From the human T2T-CHM13v2.0 reference genome, Homo sapiens, in NCBI RefSeq assembly GCF_009914755.1, contig NC_060928.1: a stretch of DNA of 64,000 nucleotides; one strand, given 5' to 3'. A program made the position numbers and the translations under genes. The notes beneath the pieces were generated by a model. That model was not told where the DNA came from and searched no databases. It saw nothing but the letters and a program-made list of their open reading frames with translations. Below, piece by piece: positions 51,987-64,000 of this stretch. Numbering within the stretch: the first letter of the stretch is position 1; every line of letters starts with the position of its first letter.

Positions 51987-53078
51987 TAATGATCTCCATT
52001 CTAACTGGCATGAGATAGTATCTTATTGTGGTTTTGATTTGCATTTCTCTAATGACCAGTGATGATGAGCTTTTTTTCATAAGTTTGTTGGCTTCATAAA
52101 TGTCTTGTTTTGAGAAGTGTCTGTTCATATCCTTCACCCACTTTTTGATGGGGTTGTTTTTTTCTTGTAAATTTGTTTAAGTTGCTTATAGATTCTGGAT
52201 ATTACCCCTTTGTGAGACAGATAGATTACAAAAATTTTCTCTCATTCTGTAGGTTGCCTGTTCACTCTGATGATAGTTTCTTTTGCTGTGCAGAAGCTCT
52301 TTAGTTAGATCCCATTTGTCAATTTTGGCTTTTGCTGTCATTGCTTTTGGTGTTTTAGTCATGCAGTCTTTGCCCATGCCTATGCCCTGAATGGTATTGC
52401 CTAGGTTACCCCTAGGGTTTTTATGGTTTTAGGCCTTATGTTTAAGTCTTTAATCCATCTTGAGTTAATTTTTGTACAAGGTTTAAGGAAGGCATCCAGT
52501 TTCAGTTTTCTGCATATAGCTAGCCCGTTTTCCCAACATCATTTATTAAATAGGGAATCCTTTCCCCATTGCTTGTTTTTCTCAGGTTTGTCAAAGATCA
52601 GATGGTTATAGATTTGTGGTGTTATTTCTGAGGCCTCTGTTCTGTTCCATTGGTCTATATCTCTGTTTTGGTACCAGTACCATGCTGTTTTGGTTACTGT
52701 AGCCTGATAGTATAGTTTGAAGTCAGGTAGCGTGATGCCTCCAGCTTTGTTCTTTTGGCTTAGGAATGACTTGGCAATGCGGCCTCTTTTTGGTTCCATA
52801 TGAACTTTAAAGTAGTTTTTTCTAATTCTGTGAAGAAAGTCAGTGGTAGCTTAATGGGAATAGCATTGAATCTATAAATTACTTTGGGCAGTATGGCCAC
52901 TTTCACGATATTGATTCTTCCTAACCATGAGCATGGAATGTTTCCCATTTGTTTGTGTCTTCTCATTTCCTTCCCCAGTGTTTGTAGTCCTCCTTGAAGA
53001 GGTCCCTCACATCCCTTGTAAGTTGTATTCCTAGGTACTTTATTCTCTTAGTAGCAATTGTGAATGGGAGTTCACTTA

Positions 53079-53429
<351 letters not shown>

Positions 53430-53476
53430 TCATAAATAGCTCATATTATTTTGAGATATGTTCCATCAATACCTAG

Positions 53477-53778
<302 letters not shown>

Positions 53779-54353
53779 TGAGTGTTTTTAGCATGAAGGT
53801 GTGTTGAATTTTTATCAGAGGCCTTTTCTGCATCTATTGAGATAATCATGTGGTTTTTGTCTTTGGTTCTGTTTATGTGATGGATTACGTTTATTGATTT
53901 GCATATGTTGAACCAGCCTTGCACCCCAGGGATGAAGTCGACTTGATCGTGGTGGATAAGCTTTTTAATGTGCTACTGGATTTGGTTTGCCTCTCCAACC
54001 AGCTCTTCTATGAGAGGACAGTTCAAAAACTATTGTTGAGAAAACCTGAACCATTTATGCAAATGAAGGGCCTAGAAACAAAGAGGCAAGTAGCCATTAT
54101 GTGATGTGGTCCATCTGCCACAAAGTAACTCCACCAACCTTCAAAGAACTAGAAAATGGGTCTTTTTGGTGTTTCCTTAAAGACTTGAAAGAGTGAGCAG
54201 TTTAAGAGAAACCATTATTGAAAATAATTACTACTATTCAAAAAGCATTTTATACTTTTCCAAGGATACATACATTGTATCATTTAAACCTTATAGCAGT
54301 CTTACCTGGGGGCAATAAATTTTATTAAATTTAATTAAAAATATTGTTTTCCT

Positions 54354-55105
<752 letters not shown>

Positions 55106-55234
55106 TAACAAGTGATATCTGTTCAAAGCTGAAAAGTAGAAAGTATCAAATAAACAATAATTATAAATTTTAAAATAGTCATGATTCAACCACCAGGATG
55201 ACTACTATTAATATTTAAAGTTTGAATGTCTTCT

Positions 55235-55360
55235 TATGTAAAATAGAAATAATAATAGTAGCTACATCAGAGGGTTGTTATGAAGTTTTATAAAATAATC
55301 TATGTAAATGACTTAGCAATGGTCCTAACATGTAAGCACAATGAATGTTAGCTGTTATTA
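55235..55360 (+). mobile_element. MIR fragment
   Basis: tgtaaaatagaaataataatagtagctacatcagagggttgttatgaag. Confidence 0.65.
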
Positions 55361-55413
55361 CAGCTATTATTTGATAATTATTTGATAATTTTACACACAT
55401 TACTCTAATCTGC

Positions 55414-55721
<308 letters not shown>

Positions 55722-58700
55722 CTAATCTGCTGTTTTCAACCTAACGATATATTGGGAACATATTTTTATGTCCATAAAAAGACACATGATTTGTTATTTC
55801 TGAGCACTCTTTCATTGTAAGAAAATAAATGTAAATGCAAAGTTTAGCTACAATGCTGTTTATGTTAGAGAAAAACTGGAAACTGTCTACATATTCTGTG
55901 ATCGAAGACAGAGCTTACAGCTGTAGAACTAAGAGCGCAGACAGACTAAGGAACTTATTCAGAATTACACAGAGGGAGCCACAACTCAAACCTGACCCTT
56001 TCATTGTTAATGTTATGCTCTTTCTCTTAAGGTAGGCTTTTTGATTATCAAGCCATTAACCATCAGTATCATTTAGATAAGAGGTTAGACAATGACTTTT
56101 TTGGGAGACAGAACTTTGTTCACCTGGAAGGAATTCTTGCTCTCCCCCTATCAGTTGTCCCAGCAAAAGTACCTTTGTTCCAACAGATGTACCTCTTTTA
56201 CTCTCAAACCATCATCTAGTCAGGAGCCCTATGCACACCAGATGTTTTGAATAAGTGGTGACCTTATCCTGGGAGACTCTTAGTCTTATCTTATTATTAT
56301 GTTAGTTATTATCTTAATATTATCTTACACTTATTATTTATTTTATACTTATTAAATATACTTATTATTATCTTAGTCTTATTATCTTAGTCAAATTACT
56401 CTTCATAGGCTTAAAGTCCCCTTAATACTCAAAATATATTAATAACTTTTTCCCTCTATTCATAAAAAGATTAAATGATACATTGTAGAAATTCTCAAGT
56501 AAATCTCACCATGACCGCTGTTGATCTTCCTTAGAGAGAGAAAAAAAAAATCACAACATAGCAACAAATGGAACATAATGCTTGCAAAATTCCTTTGGCT
56601 AATCTTTGTTCAGAACTTATGTGGGTTTTTCCTGAAAAAGGGATTCAAGAAAGAAAACTTACATGAGGTTATTGTTTAATGTTGCTACCAAAGAAGAGAG
56701 AGTTACCTGCCCTTTCAATCTGGCTCAGAGGCATGTTACAGATGCTGGAGATAGCAACATTGAACAAAGGGTGAGCAGGTACACACACGACACACACACC
56801 TGTCCTCCTGGAGTTTACATTCTAATGAGGGAAGATAATGTAAATAAAATAAATTAGTAAGATAGTATGCTTCTTGGTGGTAAGTGTGAGAAAAATAAAG
56901 ATAGCTGAGCATCAAATTAATGTATATCATAAATGGAACAAGGATTTAAAAATTATATATATATTCACAACATGGTCTCTAACTGAATTAATATCTAAAA
57001 ATAAACTATAAGCTTATAAAAGAAAAAAGATCATTTATTGACTTGGATCTCTCAGAGTCTTTGCATCGTATGGGGAAAATTAAACCTCGTTGCTAAAGAT
57101 CGATACTTTTGGAACTTTTCATGAAGTTCAGTGACAGAGTAGTACATATCCAGTCCTTGGGGGGGGGAAAATGTTATTCTAAGTTGGCGCTAAGGGAACA
57201 CTAGTTCATAGGAGAGAAGTACAAATCCAAACCACCATGCTTGGTGCTGGTTCCTTCAGATCTCACTACCTCTTCTCTGCTCTACAGCTCTCTGCTCTGA
57301 GGCCACCATCTCCCTCTTCAGCGCACCAGACCATCATGTTAATAAGAGCTGATTTGTAAATAGCGTCTCCCTCACTCCATCACAACCCCCCTTTGGCCAG
57401 GCTCCTACTTTCCTGCTCAATGGCACAGATGCGGCTTTGAGCTGAGGGGGAGCCAGGCAGCTATTAGCAGCAAATCCAGTGAGGGAAATTAATGAAGGGG
57501 ACAACTAATAAAAGACAGCTCAGGACAGCCGGACTAACTTGCTCTTGCTCCGAGCAGTAATTAACTTTCTTTTTTTTTTTTTTTTTTTAGCTCATGAAGG
57601 TAAATATGTCATCGACACTGGTCCAGTCTAACTCTTCTTTATTAAAAAAGAGAGCAGAGCTATTCATGGGGAGCTGAGACTTAATCTGTTTTCCCCCCAA
57701 GAAGAACAATTTTAAATTATTGTGTGATGTGTTTATAGGTCCATGATGTCCAAATCAAGAGACACCTTTAAAGATCAGGGAGAAATGAGGCAGTTGAAGG
57801 AATACAACTCTCTGAACAAAAGAAATTGTCATCCCCTGCTTGGAAGCAGCTTAAAAGAAAGAAACCATTTTCAAAAATTTACTTCTCCTCCCCACCTAAA
57901 ATGATTGACCTGTGTTCAGTACAAGTGCTGAATGAAAAACAAAATTGAATCCAAGGCACATGGCAGGTCTTAGATGTCAGTGCTAAATATTAGCCTAGCT
58001 TGAGGGTCTTTTCAGTTGCCTCCTTCAAGCTTCCAGTTTTCATTTTTAAAGGCATAGTTATAAAAAGCAAGTTAAAATGTGGTTTCTCCAAGTATTTTTG
58101 AAAATTAATATGGACTCTCTGAAAAGCAAAATCTTTCTAAAAATATATCAAGATAAATCTGTTAGATTTTAACTAAAAGTGTTTCTAAAAGCAAACCTAG
58201 TGTACTTTATTTTTAAAAAGACATTGAAAAGTGAAGCTAGAATAGCGTTTGGAAATACTTGGTATAACCATAAACAGTTGTTCTAACCTTAGGCCTACTA
58301 TACCAGGCTAAGAGACCTACTCATAGTTATATAGCCACTCAGTAACAGAAAGGACTCTAATCACTTAGTCCAATGCTCTGGCTTCTTCAAAATGAAAAAA
58401 CCCCATCACATACTCTAAGTTTGTAAGCTAATTATAGTACTTCAATTTAATGTGTAGTTTAATCACATTGTCCTTTTAAGCCTGGGTACAACAGGATCAA
58501 ATTGTACATCACAGTGAATTTTATCCATGGGCTCAGGAATCAATCTACTCTTCAAACTGGCCTCCAGACCCGTTGAACTACCTCTGGCCCATTCTGGAAA
58601 AAGATGGGGCAAAAAACATATTTACCTTCAGGACTCTGTCAAACCATCTACTCTGTCAAGATGGCTTCATTCAGGAGGAGTAGGTACCCAGATAATGGGT

Positions 58701-58944
58701 GCTCTCTTACAAAATTGATCGCAATTTTGCATCAGTCAATAACACTATGCAAAGGAGAGTACAGCTCCATTTTGTTAATTATTTCCCGAAAGGTAGCAGA
58801 AGAACTAGTTGTTGTGAGTGATAGAACTTTATACATGCTTACTTCTATAATAATAGTGTGGACAATTCAAATTAAAGTTAATTAAACTGAGATAGAGAAA
58901 AATGAGGGCAGGGGTCCTATATGCTTTAAAAATAAATATGAACA

Positions 58945-59105
58945 GTATTTGCGAGGAGCTGGAGGGAAGAAGAAATGAGAGTTGTTGTTTAATGAGTATA
59001 GAATTTCAGTTTTGCAGGATGAAAAAGTTCTGAAGATTTGTTGCACAGCAATATGAATATACTTTACGCTACTAAGCTGTACACTTAAAATGGTTAAGAT
59101 GGTTT
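58945..59105 (+). mobile_element. L1MB 3'UTR fragment
   Basis: gtttaatgagtatagaatttcagttttgcaggatgaaaaagttctg...gtacacttaaaatggttaagatgg. Confidence 0.75.
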
Positions 59106-59309
59106 TTTAAAATCACTTTTGGAACAGCTGAAGATTTTAAGGCATTAAAACATTCTTACATGGCCCAAAATAAAAATAAAAATGACTTTTAAAATAACAG
59201 AATCTTCAAATTCTTCAAAGTTGGGCTATCAAGTTTTAGTCAATGTATAAGACTTTTTTTTAATTTTGTTGCTACAAATAAGTTATATACTCCCTGAATA
59301 AATACACAA

Positions 59310-59620
59310 CCATATTAATCAGGGTAGGCGAAATTATGATGCAATAACAACCAACCACCAAATCTAAGTGGCTCAGCTCACAAGTTTTTCTCTCTCATAC
59401 AACATCCACTGTGAGTTTAGGCGACTCATAAGGACCACTGTTCTTTATGTGGTCACTCAGGAGCCCAACTAGCGTTGATATTTTGGCCTTACTATCTTAA
59501 GGCAAGAGGAAGATAGAGACAAGAGATGGAGGCTCGCTCCGTTATAAATGGTCTGAGCATGCCCAGAAGGATTAGAGAATCAGATATGGCAAAGACTAGG
59601 AACATCCTCCACAATATCCA
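59310..59620 (-). mobile_element. Old MLT1-like LTR fragment
   Basis: ttaatcagggtaggcgaaattatgatgcaataacaaccaaccaccaaatctaagtggct. Confidence 0.5.
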
Positions 59621-59694
59621 GCAGTAGTGTTTTGTCAGGTGAAACACAATTAACTGAATATCATGGAATGAAAGGAAATAGCAAGCTTTCTTTC

Positions 59695-60002
59695 ATTTTG
59701 TTTATTTATTTATTTATTTTTATTTTGAGAAATGTTCTCACTCTGTCACCCAGGCTGGAGTGCAGTGGTGAGATTACAGTTCACTGCAGCCTTGACTTCC
59801 TGAGCTCAAGCAATCCTGCCACCTCAACCACCTGAAGAGTTGGGACTACAGGCATACACCACCATGCTGGCTAATTTTTAATTTTTTTAGAGAGACGAGG
59901 TCTCCCTAAATTGCCCAGGCTGGTCTCAAACTCCTCAAGCAATCCTCCCACCTCAGCCTCCCAAAGTACTGGGATTACAGGTATGAGCCACCACACCAGA
60001 CC
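59695..60002 (-). mobile_element. AluJ
   Basis: (TTTA)n tail plus antisense dimer. Confidence 0.92.
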
Positions 60003-60497
60003 TCTTCAAGCTTTAAATAAGAGTCTAAAAATAGTGCAAAAGAAATTGTGTTTCCTGGAACTTGTGAAAATATTGCCTCTTGTGTAGGGGAGAGCACTGT
60101 AGGAAAAGAAATAATTCTACTTAAACAGTAATATAGTGCAAAAGGACAACGAAGTGAATAATCCGATGGCTATGAATGTTACTAGATTCTGTGAGATGCC
60201 AGTGAGACACTGCATGGTGTAATCATTGTTGCCTTGTTTAATGTTGCCTTGAGACTTGTAATCCTTTCCAATTTGCTAACAAAATTTCTAGAATTTGAAA
60301 GTGTGTCATGAGTACAAAAGGGTGGAGAAGCTCAATATTTATGAATACTCTCTTTCTAGTCCCTTACCAAAAATATGGTAACATTAGAATCAAAATGCCC
60401 TTGGGGAGAGTTTCACTCACTTTGCTGGGGTAGGGGGAAAAAAGGTATTGAAGAAAATTGAACCTTTGACTTTTTTCCTTAGAAAGTTCAAGAAGGA

Positions 60498-60780
60498 GGC
60501 CGGGCACCACAGCTCATGCCTGTAATCCCAGCACTTTGGGAGGCTGAGGCGGGCGAATCACTTGAGGCCAGGAGTTTGAGACCAGCCTTGGCTAACATGG
60601 TGAAACCCCATCTACCAGAAATACAAAAATTAGCCAGGTGTGGTGGCATGTGCCTGTAATCCCACATACATGGAAAGGTGAGGCATAAGAATCCCTTGAA
60701 CCTGGGAAGCGGAGACTGCAGTGAACCAAGATCGTGTCACTGCACTCCAGCCTTGGCGACTCCATCTCAAAGAAAAAAAG
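60498..60780 (+). mobile_element. AluS
   Basis: Dimeric Alu with an A tail. Confidence 0.93.
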
Positions 60781-60785
60781 AAGTG

Positions 60786-61083
60786 GGCTGGAGCAGTAGC
60801 CATGCCTATAATCCCAGCACTTTGGGAAGCTGAAGTGGGAGGGTTGCTTGAGCCCACTGGGAAACATAGGGGAGGCCTCATCTCTATGAAAAATTTTTAA
60901 AAGATTAGCTAGGCGTGGCGGTGTATGCCTGAAGTCCCAGCTACTCAGGAGGCTAACATGGAAGAATCGCTTGAGCCCAGGAGACGGAGGCTACAGTGAC
61001 CCAGGATTGTGCCACTACCCTCTAACCTGGGTGACAGAGTGACATCCTGTCTCAAAAAAAAGATAAAAAAGAAAAAAAGAAAT
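60786..61083 (+). mobile_element. AluJ
   Basis: Diverged dimeric Alu in tandem with the previous one. Confidence 0.9.
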
Positions 61084-61726
61084 AAGCAGAGGCAGCAATT
61101 ACCTGGTTACCGGGAGAACTATATCCAGTCATTGGCACCACAAATATTTTCTCCAATCTGCTTTGTAAGGTATTATGGTAATTACCACACCATGCATGTG
61201 TTATGAAAGTGTAGGCAAGATACAGAGTAATGTGGAGGTGAGGAGGGTACAACTGGCCAGTGCCTTCATCAGTTCAGCTTCACCTCCTATAGTTCAAAAC
61301 AAAATGGTTCTGAAAACTCTCAGACATTTAGAAAACTCTCCCCAGTGTAGAACAGAAAAACCTGAGATGCCGGCTACTCAAGGAGAACTGAACCCCCTTA
61401 AAAATTGTTTGCTGACAGAATAATAATTGAAAATGTCAGATGGAGTCTCCTACATCTACTGAAAATTACAGCAAGGAGTTTCTATTGCAGATACCATGAA
61501 AAACTCTACTGGACGTGTTTGCCCGTGCACATGCCCAATGTCACACAGAGATATAGTCCAAAATCATCTCCTAATTCAAGAGAAACACTGGATGTGAACT
61601 CAGGACTTCTGAGTTCTTTACTGTTTTTCCAGCAAAATTATGTTTTTTTCTCGTCTGCTTCCAAGCTGTTGCCATGGTAATTTTGAGGGTTAGGGGAAAT
61701 ATTAACTTAGATAGGATTTTTTTTAA

Positions 61727-62333
<607 letters not shown>

Positions 62334-63599
62334 TAGATAGGTTTGATTTTTAAAAACACCTTTTTGATCACAGTCTATGCACTGTGATATGAAAAAAAGT
62401 ATTAATACAATGATTATCTGAAATTTACAGCTAGTCTTTCCTTTAGTTTCACAGGTATGTTCAACGTTTTATCTCACTTGAGTTCTTTCCCAAGATTATC
62501 TGGAAAGTAAGGCAAAAATAAATAAATCATATTGAATCAACCTTCCTCATATTGAATCCACCTTCTTGTATTGGTTTATATATGATGTTTCAGTAGATGT
62601 AAAAGTTTGAAAAAAAAAACAAGATTAAACTAAACTTATCTCAGAATCCTTCGTGTTTGATTACTTCAATGCATAGCAAGATTTATGTACTGCAAAAAAA
62701 AAAAAGAAATGGAAAGAAAGCAATGGCAAGCCTGTGGGGTTACTCTTTTGTCACACTGGCACTAGTTTGGCTTCTTTTGGCTATTCTTATGCCAAGGAGG
62801 CAATAAACCCCCTTGAGAGTCATAGAGCTGCCCGCGGAGCCCTGACCCTGCGGAGAAGCTTTTATGCCAACATACAATACACAAAGGGATCATAAACACG
62901 TTTGAAAACGAAGATGACCTCTTTGTCACTTGGCATTAGGCTTTATTGCAAGCTGCTGCCATGGAAACCAGCCCCCAGCTCTCTCCATATTTTAAGGCTT
63001 CCTGTTTCCATTTTACGTGGACTTCAGCACCTTTATTTAATCCTTTCTACATCAAATAAGATAGGTGAAAGGTTTTGGTTCTTTGCTCCATTGTTTAACG
63101 TCTCCACGTATGCCTTTAGTTATGGAGCAAAAAGGACTGTAAGTGGAATCGACGATTTGAGTGCAGATGGAAACAAAGAGAAGGTGATAATGGAATCAAT
63201 AGAAAGAAATGGAGATAAACATTGGTGACACAACCTGCTGTACAATTCGACAAGATCTATCAGAGAAGATATACACTCCGTATTGAATATTTAAAAAGCC
63301 AGCTGCAGTCCAAACAGGCTACTCTAGGAGATGTGTCCTTTGGAAATAACTTTAACATGTTGCCTCTTGATTTCTTGCACGGCTGGACTTCCATGTGCAG
63401 TAAGTAGAGTCTGCCAGGTAACACGAATCTAAACAGCTGCCCCCAAAGTCGAGCCTTAAAAATATGTTTCCATTGGGAGGAACTGTGGATCCTGGGTTCT
63501 TTTATTTCCTAAGAAATATGTAACTTTTGTTTTGTAAGAAAGTGAATATGCAGAAAACCGAATGCTTATATAGTTACAGCCTTGAAAAGTAAAAGCAAA

Positions 63600-64000
63600 G
63601 ATAACCAAGTAAAAAGAGAATTCACGATGAGCTAACTACCGCTGAAGCTCTGCGATCCAAAAGCTGCTGGGACATCTGAAGAATGGCCTGGGGTCAGTTC
63701 GGTGAGATGCGGGGCCGAGGAGGAGAAGGAGTGGGACCGTGGGCGTGCAGGTGTTTCAAGGATCCTCCTCCTTTCCCCCTTCCATCTCTGATTCCATCTC
63801 CAATTTGGATCCCGGGAGGCCGAGCATCTCTCACGCGGTTGACACCTCTCCAGGCTGGAGCGCGAAGCCGGCGCCTGCCCGGGTAATCAGGGAGGCCTGG
63901 CCTTTCACGCGGTGTTCTCAGTCAGTAATCCAAGTTGGCATTTCCCCCTTCGCGCTCTGAGCAGCTGGAGAAGCAGAGAATGCTAGCGAAAGCAGACAGA
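63600..64000. promoter_or_regulatory. CpG-enriched unique sequence (edge or shore of a CpG island)
   Basis: Clear rise in GC and non-repeat CpGs (gcgcgaagccggcgcc, ttcgcgc) relative to the rest of the window. Confidence 0.45.

Noticed and set aside
56280-56395. Repeating ttatct/tagtct units as a possible array
   Set aside because: Low-complexity AT-rich tract with no constant repeat-spacer period; not CRISPR-like.
62527-62565. 19-bp tandem duplication tcatattgaatc(a/c)accttc
   Set aside because: Two copies with a mismatch and no insert; ordinary slippage.

Overview
Repeat-dense primate intergenic DNA, almost certainly human because it carries a near-consensus AluYa5. I see no intact host protein-coding gene, RNA gene or CRISPR array. 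The one gene-like feature is an intronless processed pseudogene of TOX4 (about 10203-12530, +), with a poly(A) tail and target-site duplication (TSD). From 12.7 to 55 kb the window is a nested stack of retroelements: two old L1M elements, an L1PA15/16-like copy, a rearranged HERV-L with one MLT2A LTR, a full-length L1PA4-6-like copy, other 5'-truncated L1PA/L1PB copies, a complete THE1 provirus, solo LTRs, a MADE1 MITE and about 20 Alus. The stretches at about 1.9-6.3 kb, 56.4-58.9 kb and 62.4-64 kb are mostly unique, and the last becomes CpG-rich. From memory, TOX4P1 lies at 4q25 between ALPK1 and NEUROG2, so these may be NEUROG2-flanking regulatory DNA; this is unverified. I found no convincing new biological system. 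The best observations are retrotransposition fossils read directly from TSDs (an L1 3' transduction, a 31-bp mini-L1, poly(A)-only insertions), an inverted gag block in the HERV-L, and a 448-codon TOX4 ORF rescued by compensating frameshifts. Repeat subfamily names come from recalled consensus sequences and need Dfam/RepeatMasker confirmation.
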